Assembly: GCF_001644705.1 (NCBI RefSeq)
Contig: NZ_CP015137.1
Span: forward strand, 4,740,001 to 4,772,000
DNA: 32,000 nucleotides
From: Dickeya solani IPO 2222
Lineage (GTDB): Bacteria; Pseudomonadota; Gammaproteobacteria; Enterobacterales; Enterobacteriaceae
Reading direction: 5' to 3'
Each line of letters begins with the position of its first letter. Position 1 is the stretch's first letter. Below, piece by piece: positions 1 to 8,518 of the stretch. Made by a program: the position numbers and the translations under genes. The notes beneath the pieces are model-generated. The model was not told where the DNA came from, did no database searches, and saw only the letters and a program-made list of their open reading frames with translations.

Positions 1-70
1 CATATAATAATAATGAAACATAGCAAGTATACTCGTCCGTAACGTAGAACAGAGATAACATTATTTTTGC

Positions 71-185
71 AAAAAAATGATTTGCCGATGACTTTCCTTC
101 GCCCCATTCCGGTTTTATTTCTGTTTTTTAGTTGCTAAAAAATGTTTATGCCACGCTTTCCGCTGCGCCATTGCCGCTTATTTCT
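71..185. repeat. imperfect tandem direct repeat, two ~50-bp units (71-122 and 137-185)
   Basis: Hand alignment: both units carry the blocks AAAAAATG, GCC, CTTTCC, GCC..ATT and TTATTTCT in the same order, with a period of about 66 bp and a few 1-3 nt indels. No conserved ORF on either strand. Confidence 0.55.
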
Positions 186-310
186 CAATCCTTCAATTAT
201 GTTACTGAGTTATATTATTTCCCCCTGAATACACGCCGTGATTCATCTATTGCGATCACATTTTATGCCTAACAAAAAATTAATCTGAGTCAACCATCAG
301 GGCCTCTGCG

Positions 311-347
311 CCAAATAACAAATGCCGGTCTGGGTCAAATCCGGCAT
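311..347 (-). terminator. candidate intrinsic terminator, minus-strand orientation
   Basis: Stem ATGCCGG (322-328) / CCGGCAT (341-347) with a 12-nt loop. Read on the minus strand it is followed by TTGTTATTT (reverse complement of 311-321). The long loop and interrupted U tract make it weak. Confidence 0.3.
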
Positions 348-364
348 CAACGTCCGTCATTCTC

Positions 365-387
365 ACGGATATCGCATCCGTTTTTTT
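365..387 (+). terminator. orphan Rho-independent terminator-like hairpin
   Basis: Stem ACGGAT (365-370) / ATCCGT (376-381), 5-nt loop ATCGC, run of seven T (381-387). No ORF of 60 aa or more ends upstream of it on the + strand. Confidence 0.5.
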
Positions 388-634
388 GACATCAACCGTG
401 ACAACCCCGGCAGAGCGCGTTATTGTGTCCCTGCCGCCCCCTCCAATCACATCATATCCGGCGGCTCACACTTTTTTGAGGGAAGCCACCAGACATTACG
501 GTTGTTGTGACGACCGCCCGCCTTCCCCCGTTTCGGCAACCCCGACAACGCTGTAGCTGTGCGCCAGATTCCGTTTTTACACTGCACAAATCGCTAATGT
601 AATGATAATCGGCAACATTAACGGGAGGTGACCT

Positions 635-1492
635 ATGTGGCAGACGATTGATCAACTGCTGGAAGAACATCTCGGCCCCGGTGATATTCTGGATCGGCGG
701 GAATTACCTGGCGGCGAAGTGCACCCCACCTGGCATCTGCGTTATGGTCAGCATGATGTTTTCGTCAAATGCGATGCCCGCGAGTTACTGACCAAATTTC
801 GCGCGGAAGCCGAGCAGTTGGAACTGCTGGCCCATAGCAAAACGGTGCAGGTACCGAGGGTATATGGCGTAGGCAGTAACCGCGATTACAGTTTCCTGCT
901 GCTGGAATACCTCTCCCCTAAACCCGCTTCTGCTCACGATGCCTGGTGTCTGGGGCAACAATTGGCGCAATTGCACCAGTGGAGCGACCAGCCCCAGTTT
1001 GGCCTTGATTTCGACAACGATCTGTCCACTACGCCGCAACCCAACGCCTGGCAACGTCGCTGGTCCAGTTTTTTCGCGGAACAGCGTATTGGCTGGCAAC
1101 TGCAACTGGCTGCAGAGAAAGGGCTTCATTTCGGTGATATCGATACTCTGATCGCACGGGTGGAAAAGCGACTCTCGGGCCATCAACCTCAGCCGTCACT
1201 ACTGCACGGCGATCTGTGGTCCAACAATTGCCTCAATACCGACCACGGCTATTACCTGTTCGATCCGGCCTGTTATTGGGGCGATCGGGAATGCGATTTG
1301 GCGATGTTGCCGCTGCATGCCGAATTGCCGCCGCAAATCTACGACGGCTATCAGAGCGTCTGGTCGCTGGAAAAGGATTTTGTCGAGCGTCAGCCGATTT
1401 ACCAGATCTACTACCTGCTCAATCGCGCCAACCTGTTCGGCGGCAACCATGTGGTTACCGCCCAACAGGCGATAGAAAGTCAGTTGCTATGA
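635..1492 (+). CDS. yniA: fructosamine/ketosamine kinase family protein
   Basis: 285-aa ORF with RBS GGGAGG 6 nt upstream. The sequence resembles the YniA family as I recall it (HGDLWSNN catalytic-loop motif, C-terminal IYQIYYLLNRANLFG). Confidence 0.9.
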   Translation: MWQTIDQLLEEHLGPGDILDRRELPGGEVHPTWHLRYGQHDVFVKCDARELLTKFRAEAEQLELLAHSKTVQVPRVYGVGSNRDYSFLLLEYLSPKPASAHDAWCLGQQLAQLHQWSDQPQFGLDFDNDLSTTPQPNAWQRRWSSFFAEQRIGWQLQLAAEKGLHFGDIDTLIARVEKRLSGHQPQPSLLHGDLWSNNCLNTDHGYYLFDPACYWGDRECDLAMLPLHAELPPQIYDGYQSVWSLEKDFVERQPIYQIYYLLNRANLFGGNHVVTAQQAIESQLL

Positions 1493-1508
1493 CGAAGAAC
1501 GACGCCGA

Positions 1509-1532
1509 TGCCGGGGCAACGCGGCCCCGGCA
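1509..1532. terminator. GC-rich hairpin between convergent yniA and yniB
   Basis: Stem TGCCGGGGC (1509-1517) / GCCCCGGCA (1524-1532) with a 6-nt loop. No U tract on either side, so terminator function is uncertain. Confidence 0.4.
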
Positions 1533-1538
1533 CTGCCG

Positions 1539-2087
1539 TCAGGCCAGGATACCCACGGTTTTCAGCGTGAGATAACCGATCACGGCGACGACGACCGGCA
1601 GGATATACAAAGGAAAAAACTGTAGCAGAATAGTATGCCGGGGCAGCTCCACCCGTGACTCCAGTTCTTCACGGGTTTTGCCTTCATCGCCTTTGACCTT
1701 CTCCAGAATCAGCTGATCCTCCAGCCCTTCACGGATATGTTTGACCTGGCGAGACAGCCGAGAGCCAGAGACCTGCAGCGCCAGACCGACAAACATCAAC
1801 AGATAGATCAGCCAGAACATGACAGTGGCTGACGCCGACAGACGACCAAAATCAGGCACCGGCGAGTTGTACCAAAAAATGTTCAGGAATGGCGTATTAA
1901 AACGCAGCACTTCCACCACCAGATGCAAGAAATCCTGCATTACACCATTAATTCCCTGCTTCTTCTCGGTAAAGGCATGAATAAGATTGGACAGAGAGAT
2001 AATGGTCGAGAGCAAAGCCGGGAGAAAGATGGCCCATCCCGCAATGCGTTTGATCACGGCAAAAAGGCCAGCCTGTCGATACGTCAT
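1539..2087 (-). CDS. yniB: YniB family inner-membrane protein
   Basis: The ORF track gives 1539..2150. I trimmed it to the internal ATG at 2087, where MTYRQAGLFAVIKRIAGWAIFLPAL matches the N-terminus of E. coli YniB (MTYQQAGRIAVLKRILGW...) as I recall it. Confidence 0.85.
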   Translation of the reverse strand: MTYRQAGLFAVIKRIAGWAIFLPALLSTIISLSNLIHAFTEKKQGINGVMQDFLHLVVEVLRFNTPFLNIFWYNSPVPDFGRLSASATVMFWLIYLLMFVGLALQVSGSRLSRQVKHIREGLEDQLILEKVKGDEGKTREELESRVELPRHTILLQFFPLYILPVVVAVIGYLTLKTVGILA

Positions 2088-2341
2088 GTGTTCCCCTTGT
2101 GCGTGACATCGCACCCAGTGCCACGATAAGCAAGAAAAGTGTAGACCCATAAAACCCGTTAGCAGGGTACTTCAGGTTTGAGCAGAGTCAACGTTTTCTT
2201 TCCCGGCGACACAGCCCGATCGCCCGTTATCGGCAGCGGTCAACGCCGACAGATGAAAAGCAGACTATAAAGGAAGAAATTGAAAGAAGGGGCTTCGGCA
2301 AGGCGCCGGCAACATCGCCGGCACCTTATTAACAGAAGGGA

Positions 2342-2674
2342 TCAAAGGAAATCGGCACGTTTCGGCGAGAAGGTGTCGATCAACACACTGCCTTCTTCCA
2401 GCGATACCACGCCGTGCATTTCATTCTTCACCGCCATATAGGCATCGCCGGTTTTCAGAATGCGTTTTTCACCTTCGATCACCACTTCGAAGCTGCCAGC
2501 CGCCACATAGGCGATCTGATCGTGGATGTCATGCTTGTGCGGCGTACCGATGGCACCTTTGGCGAAATGCACGCACACCATCATCAGATCATCGCTCCAG
2601 GTGATGATTTTACGTTTAATTCCACCGCCCAGCTCTTCCCACGGTGTTTCATCGTCAATAAAGTACCTTCTCAT
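2342..2674 (-). CDS. kdgF: cupin-fold pectin degradation protein KdgF
   Basis: 110-aa ORF with RBS AAGGAG. Cupin motif GTPHKHDIHDQIAYVAAG...MHGV. Located next to kduI. Confidence 0.9.
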   Translation of the reverse strand: MRRYFIDDETPWEELGGGIKRKIITWSDDLMMVCVHFAKGAIGTPHKHDIHDQIAYVAAGSFEVVIEGEKRILKTGDAYMAVKNEMHGVVSLEEGSVLIDTFSPKRADFL

Positions 2675-2810
2675 GGTTTCTCCTTAAAGATCATACAGCG
2701 TGCCTCCCTTGAGTGAACAAGGTAACACAAAGGGTAAATACCGATATTCTAGTAACATCGGCATCAGATGAAACATAAAATAAGCAAAACCATGACGCCT
2801 CTCAAGAAAT

Positions 2811-2831
2811 AAATAAAACATTATTTCATTT
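2811..2831. promoter_or_regulatory. KdgR-box-like palindrome in the divergent kdgF/kduI control region
   Basis: AAATAAAACATTATTTCATTT fits the KdgR operator consensus as I recall it (about AATRAAAYRNYRTTTYATT, core AAAC-N3-GTTT). Confidence 0.6.
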
Positions 2832-2997
2832 TTATTGAATTCACATCTCAACCACACTATCATCGCGCCATAACACGAAAGAACCGGGCAAAAAAGGTTC
2901 AGGTGACGTTGTCACTGCCACGCAAGGTGACCTGTTCCGCCCGGCGCTTTCCTGTCAGGCCCATAGCCTGATTTCCATCTGAAAGCGAGGAGCAACC

Positions 2998-3834
2998 ATG
3001 CAAGTCCGTCAGAGCATCCACAGCGACCACGCCCGTCAGCTTGATACCGCTGGCCTGCGGCGCGAGTTTCTGATCGAACACATTTTTGATGCAGACACCT
3101 GCACCATGACCTACAGCCACATCGATCGAATCATCGTGGGCGGGGTAATGCCCGTTCATCAGGCCGTAACTGTCGGCGAGGATGTGGGAAAACAGCTGGG
3201 CGTCAGCTACTTTCTTGAACGCCGTGAACTGGGCGCAATCAATATCGGCGGCGCCGGTGTAGTCAGCGTAGACGGCGAGCGCTATGAAATCGGTCACGAA
3301 GAAGCCCTTTATATCGGCAAAGGCGCACGGGATATCCGTTTTACCAGCGTGGACCCGACCAAGCCCGCCCGCTTCTACTATAACAGCGCGCCGGCGCACA
3401 CCTCCTATCCGACACGTAAAATTACCGCTGCAGAGGCGTCCCCGCAGACAATCGGTGATGACGCGACCAGCAACCGTCGGACCATCAACAAATATATCGT
3501 TCCGGATGTCTTACCCACCTGCCAGCTCACCATGGGGTTAACCAAACTGGCGGAAGGCAGTCTCTGGAACACCATGCCGTGCCACACCCATGAGCGCCGC
3601 ATGGAAGTCTATTTTTATTTCGATATGGATGAAGAAGCGGCGGTATTCCACATGATGGGACAACCACAGGAAACCCGCCACATTCTGGTGCACAACGAGC
3701 AGGCGGTGATTTCACCGAGCTGGTCGATTCATTCGGGTGTAGGCACCAAACGCTACACCTTTATCTGGGGTATGGTTGGCGAGAATCAGGTTTTCTCAGA
3801 CATGGATCACGTCAAAGTTAGCGAACTACGCTAG
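2998..3834 (+). CDS. kduI: 5-dehydro-4-deoxy-D-glucuronate isomerase
   Basis: 278-aa ORF with RBS GAGGAG. Typical KduI sequence ([12 protein letters not shown]..., [13 protein letters not shown]..., WGMVGENQ). Confidence 0.95.
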   Translation: MQVRQSIHSDHARQLDTAGLRREFLIEHIFDADTCTMTYSHIDRIIVGGVMPVHQAVTVGEDVGKQLGVSYFLERRELGAINIGGAGVVSVDGERYEIGHEEALYIGKGARDIRFTSVDPTKPARFYYNSAPAHTSYPTRKITAAEASPQTIGDDATSNRRTINKYIVPDVLPTCQLTMGLTKLAEGSLWNTMPCHTHERRMEVYFYFDMDEEAAVFHMMGQPQETRHILVHNEQAVISPSWSIHSGVGTKRYTFIWGMVGENQVFSDMDHVKVSELR

Positions 3835-3838
3835 CGGC

Positions 3839-3955
3839 TTACCCAATAATTTCGCGTTGCGGGAAAGTGGCAAGTGAGCACATCCCCAGTCAGTGACCGG
3901 GATCAGGATGAGTGAAAGCAGCCAGCAGCAGGCAACCTGAAATATGACGGGTATA
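3839..3955. repeat. ERIC / IRU (enterobacterial repetitive intergenic consensus) element, short variant
   Basis: Left end ACCCAATAATTTCGCGTTGCGGGAAAGTGGCAAGTGAG, core ATCCCCAG..GTGAC.GGG, and right end GCAACCTGAAATATGACGGGTATA all match the remembered ERIC consensus (..TTGCAGGAAGGCGGCAAGTGAGTGAATCCCCAGG....GCAACTTGAAGTATGACGGGTATA). Confidence 0.8.
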
Positions 3956-4020
3956 AACCGGTATTTCCCTACAGTAACAAGCTCACGACAAAACATGTCG
4001 TTTACAGAGAGATCAAAGCT

Positions 4021-4782
4021 ATGATTCTAAATACATTCAATTTACAGGGCAAAGTGGCACTGATCACCGGTTGCGATACCGGCTTGGGTCAGGGTATGGC
4101 TGTCGGTCTGGCTGAAGCGGGCTGTGACATCGTCGGCGTCAACATCGTTGAGCCGAAAGAAACCATCGAAAAAGTCACGGCAGTGGGCCGTCGCTTCCTC
4201 AGCCTGACCGCTGACATGAGCGATATCTCCGGCCATGCTGCGCTGGTGGAAAAAGCCGTTGCCGAGTTCGGTAAAGTGGACATTCTGGTCAACAACGCCG
4301 GTATCATCCGTCGTGAAGACGCCATCGAATTCAGCGAAAAGAACTGGGACGATGTGATGAATCTGAACATCAAGAGCGTGTTCTTCATGTCGCAGACGGT
4401 TGCCCGTCAGTTCATCAAACAGGGTCATGGCGGTAAAATCATCAATATCGCGTCCATGCTGTCCTTCCAGGGCGGTATCCGCGTACCGTCTTACACCGCT
4501 TCCAAGAGTGCGGTCATGGGCATCACCCGTCTGCTGGCCAACGAATGGGCGAAACACAACATCAATGTCAACGCCATTGCCCCCGGCTACATGGCGACCA
4601 ACAACACTCAGCAGCTGCGCGCCGATCAGGATCGTAGCAAGGAAATTCTGGAACGTATCCCGGCAGGTCGCTGGGGTCTGCCGCAGGACCTGCAGGGTCC
4701 GGCCGTATTCCTGGCATCCAGCGCATCCGACTATGTGAACGGTTACACCATTGCCGTTGATGGCGGCTGGCTGGCTCGCTAA
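4021..4782 (+). CDS. kduD: 2-dehydro-3-deoxy-D-gluconate 5-dehydrogenase (SDR family)
   Basis: 253-aa ORF. SDR motifs TGCDTGLG, NNAG and YTASK. Follows kduI. Confidence 0.95.
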   Translation: MILNTFNLQGKVALITGCDTGLGQGMAVGLAEAGCDIVGVNIVEPKETIEKVTAVGRRFLSLTADMSDISGHAALVEKAVAEFGKVDILVNNAGIIRREDAIEFSEKNWDDVMNLNIKSVFFMSQTVARQFIKQGHGGKIINIASMLSFQGGIRVPSYTASKSAVMGITRLLANEWAKHNINVNAIAPGYMATNNTQQLRADQDRSKEILERIPAGRWGLPQDLQGPAVFLASSASDYVNGYTIAVDGGWLAR

Positions 4783-4801
4783 TTTTTCCGCAAAATTTTT
4801 T

Positions 4802-4817
4802 TGTGATCGAAGGCACA
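4802..4817. promoter_or_regulatory. CRP-like site TGTGA-N6-GCACA
   Basis: TGTGATCGAAGGCACA matches 9 of 10 positions of the TGTGA-N6-TCACA core. It overlaps the left arm of the kduD terminator and lies about 230 bp upstream of pelW. Confidence 0.4.
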
Positions 4818-4840
4818 ATACTGAATTGTGCCTTTCTTTT
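4810..4840 (+). terminator. kduD intrinsic terminator
   Basis: Stem AAGGCACAAT (4810-4819) / ATTGTGCCTT (4825-4834), 5-nt loop, followed by TCTTTT. Confidence 0.7.
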
Positions 4841-4982
4841 ATCTATCAGTAATTTATCATCAACACGCCTTTCCCTCTCGTTTCCTAATCTTCCATAAAA
4901 AATTTTCAAAACAACGTTCCGACTTTGATCACACTTTCGATATTGAGCGCATGACGAAAATAGAAGTTGGGCAATATAATCA

Positions 4983-5021
4983 ATCAAAACAATGTTTCTA
5001 TTTATAAGGAACTGTTTCACT
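4983..5021. promoter_or_regulatory. two adjacent KdgR-box-like sites upstream of pelW
   Basis: ATCAAAACAATGTTTCTAT (4983-5001) has a perfect AAAC-AAT-GTTT core. TATAAGGAACTGTTTCACT (5003-5021) has a good right half only. Confidence 0.5.
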
Positions 5022-5043
5022 CAGTTCTGAAAGAAGGTACTCC

Positions 5044-6675
5044 ATGAGTATTTTTACTGATTTGAACACCAGCAGAAAATGGCAAATCGACCAGTGGCTC
5101 TCGGCGATTAACAGCCATATTGAAAAGATTCAGCAATATGGCCATAGCGTAGTCAACCCGACGCCGTTATTGGCTGACGGATTTGAGATAAAAACACAGT
5201 CTCCAGTTGTCTGGCAGTTTCCCGACGGCCATGATGCCCCGATTTCTAACTTCGCCAGTCAGCAAAACTGGTTGCGGTTATTAATTTCTATGAGTGCCGT
5301 CACAGAAACAGAAAAATATCGGCAACGGGCACTCTCTCAGAGTGAATATTTCTTGGATCGCTTTGTCGATGAAAATAGCGGGCTTTTTTATTGGGGCGGC
5401 CACCGTTTTATTAATCTCGATACGCTGAGCAGCGAAGGTCCGGAATCCAAATCGATGGTGCATGAATTAAAACACCATCTGCCCTATTACGAATTTCTGC
5501 ATCAGGTCAATCCGGAAAAGACCCGCCATTTCATTCAGGGATTCTGGAATGCTCACGTAGAGGACTGGAGTTGCCTGGATCTGGGCCGCCACGGTGATTA
5601 CGCCAAGCAACGCGATCCAGACGTGTTTCTGCATTCCCGCCATGATGTGGTCACCCCGGCTAAATGGCCGGAATTGCCGCTGACCAAAGGGCTGACCTTT
5701 GTCAATGCCGGCACCGACCTGATCTATGCCGCCTTCGTCTATGCGCGCCACACTGGCGACGCGCACGCGGCAGCCTGGGGCAAACACCTCTATCGTCAAT
5801 ATGTGCTGGCGCGTAACCCGGAAACCGGTATGCCGGTTTACCAGTTTAGCTCTCCCTTACAACGCCAGCCGGTGCCGGCGGACGACAGCCAGACCCAATC
5901 CTGGTTTGGCGACCGCGCCCAACGGCAATTCGGGCCGGAGTTTGGCGCTATTGCCCGTGAAGCCAACGTGCTGTTCCGCGACATGCGCCCATTGCTGATC
6001 GATAGCCCGCTGGCCATGCTCGATATTCTGCGTCATCAACCCGATGCTGAAATCCTGACATGGGTGATCGCCGGCCTGAAAAACTACTATCAGTACGCTT
6101 ACGACGTTGACAGCAACAGCCTGCGACCGATGTGGAATAACGGTCAGGACATGACCGGCTACTGCTTCAAACGCGATGGTTACTACGGCAAAGCCGGTAC
6201 CGTATTGAAGCCCTTCCCGCTGGAAGGCGACTACCTGCTGCCGCTGGTACGCGCCTGGCGTCTGAGCGACGATGACGACCTGTACACGCTGATCGTCACC
6301 ATGTTGTCCCGACTTGAAAAACAGGGCATCCATCAATCCGCCTCGCCTTTCCTGCTGCTGGCAATTACCGAGCTGGCGCACGCCAAACAGTCGGCGCAAT
6401 GGGCGGAATATGCCTGGCAAATGGCGGAAATTTTATTTAAGCGTTATTTCCATCACGGTTTGTTCGTCCGCTCTGAACATCATCGTTATGTGCGACTTGA
6501 TGATCCCTTCCCAACCATTCTGCTGACATTGATCGCTGCCTGCAGAAATAAATGGCCGGAAGTTCCTGCTGTCCTGACACAAGGGGGATACATCCATGGA
6601 GATTATCGAATTAATGGGGAAAGCCGGGTTATTTACGACACGGAGTTTATTTACCCAGAAAAATTAATCCACTAA
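5044..6675 (+). CDS. pelW: cytoplasmic exo-polygalacturonate (oligogalacturonide) lyase, PL2 family
   Basis: 543-aa ORF with no signal peptide, immediately upstream of togMNAB as in the described Dickeya pelW-togMNAB operon. Identity is assigned from context and recollection. Confidence 0.85.
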   Translation: MSIFTDLNTSRKWQIDQWLSAINSHIEKIQQYGHSVVNPTPLLADGFEIKTQSPVVWQFPDGHDAPISNFASQQNWLRLLISMSAVTETEKYRQRALSQSEYFLDRFVDENSGLFYWGGHRFINLDTLSSEGPESKSMVHELKHHLPYYEFLHQVNPEKTRHFIQGFWNAHVEDWSCLDLGRHGDYAKQRDPDVFLHSRHDVVTPAKWPELPLTKGLTFVNAGTDLIYAAFVYARHTGDAHAAAWGKHLYRQYVLARNPETGMPVYQFSSPLQRQPVPADDSQTQSWFGDRAQRQFGPEFGAIAREANVLFRDMRPLLIDSPLAMLDILRHQPDAEILTWVIAGLKNYYQYAYDVDSNSLRPMWNNGQDMTGYCFKRDGYYGKAGTVLKPFPLEGDYLLPLVRAWRLSDDDDLYTLIVTMLSRLEKQGIHQSASPFLLLAITELAHAKQSAQWAEYAWQMAEILFKRYFHHGLFVRSEHHRYVRLDDPFPTILLTLIAACRNKWPEVPAVLTQGGYIHGDYRINGESRVIYDTEFIYPEKLIH

Positions 6676-6719
6676 TTTTGTTTTTACAGATTCACCATTA
6701 CTAAAAGTAGGTAGGCATT

Positions 6720-7610
6720 ATGAATGAAAACAGAATGCTGGGGTTAGCTTATATCTCCCCCTATATAATAGGGTTGATAGTTTTTACCGCTTTCCCCTTT
6801 ATTTCATCGTTTGTACTCAGTTTTACTGAGTATGATTTAATGAGTCCGCCCACATTCACCGGTTTGGAGAATTACCACCGGATGTTTATGGAGGACGATC
6901 TTTTCTGGAAATCCATGGGAGTCACCTTTGCTTATGTGTTCCTGACCATCCCGCTAAAACTGATTTTCGCACTGCTGATCGCATTCGTGCTGAATTTCAA
7001 GCTGCGCGGAATCGGTTTTTTCCGTACCGCCTACTACGTGCCGTCGATTCTCGGCAGTAGCGTGGCTATCGCTGTCTTGTGGCGCGCCCTGTTCGCTATC
7101 GACGGGCTGCTGAACAGCTTTATCGGCGTTTTCGGCCTCGATCCGGTCAACTGGCTGGGCGAACCGTCGCTGGCGCTGATGTCGGTAACCCTGCTGCGCG
7201 TCTGGCAGTTCGGTTCCGCAATGGTGATCTTCCTGGCTGCGCTGCAGAACGTGCCGCAATCCCAGTATGAAGCCGCGATGATCGACGGCGCCTCGAAATG
7301 GCAGATGTTCCTGAAAGTGACCGTGCCGCTGATTACGCCGGTTATCTTCTTCAACTTCATCATGCAGACGACGCAGGCGTTCCAGGAATTCACCGCGCCC
7401 TACGTCATTACCGGTGGTGGACCAACCCACTACACCTATCTGTTCTCGCTCTATATCTATGATACGGCCTTCAAATATTTCGATATGGGGTACGGCGCGG
7501 CTCTGGCATGGGTGCTATTCCTGGTGGTAGCCGTATTCGCCGCTATCTCCTTCAAATCGTCTAAATACTGGGTGTTCTATTCCGCCGATAAAGGAGGAAA
7601 AAATGGCTGA
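6720..7610 (+). CDS. togM: oligogalacturonide ABC transporter permease
   Basis: 296-aa multi-TM ORF of the CUT1/MalF type, first of a four-gene ABC set. Confidence 0.9.
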   Translation: MNENRMLGLAYISPYIIGLIVFTAFPFISSFVLSFTEYDLMSPPTFTGLENYHRMFMEDDLFWKSMGVTFAYVFLTIPLKLIFALLIAFVLNFKLRGIGFFRTAYYVPSILGSSVAIAVLWRALFAIDGLLNSFIGVFGLDPVNWLGEPSLALMSVTLLRVWQFGSAMVIFLAALQNVPQSQYEAAMIDGASKWQMFLKVTVPLITPVIFFNFIMQTTQAFQEFTAPYVITGGGPTHYTYLFSLYIYDTAFKYFDMGYGAALAWVLFLVVAVFAAISFKSSKYWVFYSADKGGKNG

Positions 7611-8505
7611 TATTCATTCCCCACTGTCTGCGCAGGCTATTGCAGCGGCAGAAGTTCGCCGTACGCTGCGCCGTGAAAAAATCAGCGCGGGCATCCGTTA
7701 CGCCGTTCTACTGGCTGTAGGCATCCTGATGCTCTACCCGCTGGCGTGGATGTTCTCGGCATCGTTCAAACCGAACCACGAGATCTTCACCACCCTCAGT
7801 CTGTGGCCAACGCACGCGACCTGGGATGGTTTTATCAATGGCTGGAAAACCGGCACCGAATACAACTTCGGCCACTACATGATCAATACCTTCAAGTATG
7901 TGATTCCGAAGGTGGCGCTGACGGTGATCTCCTCCACCATCGTGGCTTACGGCTTCGCCCGGTTCGAAATTCCGTGGAAGAACTTCTGGTTCGCTACCCT
8001 GATCGCCACCATGCTGCTGCCGAGCACCGTGCTGTTGATTCCGCAATACATCATGTTCCGTGAAATGGGCATGCTGAACAGCTACCTGCCGCTGTATGTG
8101 CCGGTTGCGTTCGCAACGCAAGGGTTCTTCGTGTTCATGCTGATCCAGTTCCTGCGCGGCGTACCGCGCGATATGGAAGAAGCGGCGCAAATCGATGGCT
8201 GTAACTCCTGGCAGGTGTTGTGGTACGTGGTAGTGCCGATTCTGAAACCGGCCATCATTTCGGTCGCACTGTTCCAGTTCATGTGGTCAATGAACGACTT
8301 TATCGGCCCGCTGATTTACGTTTACAGCGTGGACAAATACCCAATTGCGTTGGCTCTGAAAATGTCTATCGACGTTACGGAAGGCGCACCGTGGAACGAA
8401 ATTCTGGCAATGGCGAGCATCTCCATTCTGCCGTCTATCATCATCTTCTTCATGGCTCAGCGCTACTTCGTTCAGGGCGTTACCAGCAGCGGAATTAAAG
8501 GTTAA
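7603..8505 (+). CDS. togN: oligogalacturonide ABC transporter permease
   Basis: 300-aa MalG-like permease. Its start overlaps the togM stop by 8 nt (ATGGCTGA), indicating translational coupling. Confidence 0.9.
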   Translation: MADIHSPLSAQAIAAAEVRRTLRREKISAGIRYAVLLAVGILMLYPLAWMFSASFKPNHEIFTTLSLWPTHATWDGFINGWKTGTEYNFGHYMINTFKYVIPKVALTVISSTIVAYGFARFEIPWKNFWFATLIATMLLPSTVLLIPQYIMFREMGMLNSYLPLYVPVAFATQGFFVFMLIQFLRGVPRDMEEAAQIDGCNSWQVLWYVVVPILKPAIISVALFQFMWSMNDFIGPLIYVYSVDKYPIALALKMSIDVTEGAPWNEILAMASISILPSIIIFFMAQRYFVQGVTSSGIKG

Positions 8506-8518
8506 TTGAGGATTTATC

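Noticed and set aside
8-28. KdgR half-site AATAATGAAACATAGCAAGTA at the window edge
   Set aside because: Only the left half (AATGAAAC) matches, and the partner half is degenerate. It cannot be evaluated without the gene to the left of the window.
71-185. Type I toxin-antitoxin interpretation of the tandem repeats (small hydrophobic peptide MTFLRPIPVLFLFFSC)
   Set aside because: The peptide is not conserved between the two repeat units because indels break the frame. No SD is present, and there is no similarity to the Ibs, Ldr, Hok, TisB or ShoB families as I recall them. The repeat itself is retained as an unexplained feature.
390-634. Possible RsmB/CsrB-like RNA on the minus strand (eight GGA triplets in about 290 nt)
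   Set aside because: The enrichment over chance is small. The GGA triplets are not in the CAGGAUG/AGGA hairpin-loop context, and the length is too short compared with known RsmB.
3985-4001. Inverted repeat ACGAC-N7-GTCGT (AAAC-N5-GTTT) just upstream of kduD, considered as a KdgR box
   Set aside because: The spacing between the AAAC and GTTT cores is 5 nt rather than the 3 nt of the KdgR consensus, and the flanks do not match. It is left unassigned.
4042-4818. 258-aa ORF antisense to the whole of kduD
   Set aside because: It is exactly co-extensive with a confidently identified SDR gene on the other strand. The protein is Arg/His/Gly/Thr-rich with no recognisable motif. This is a typical shadow ORF produced by codon bias in GC-rich genes.
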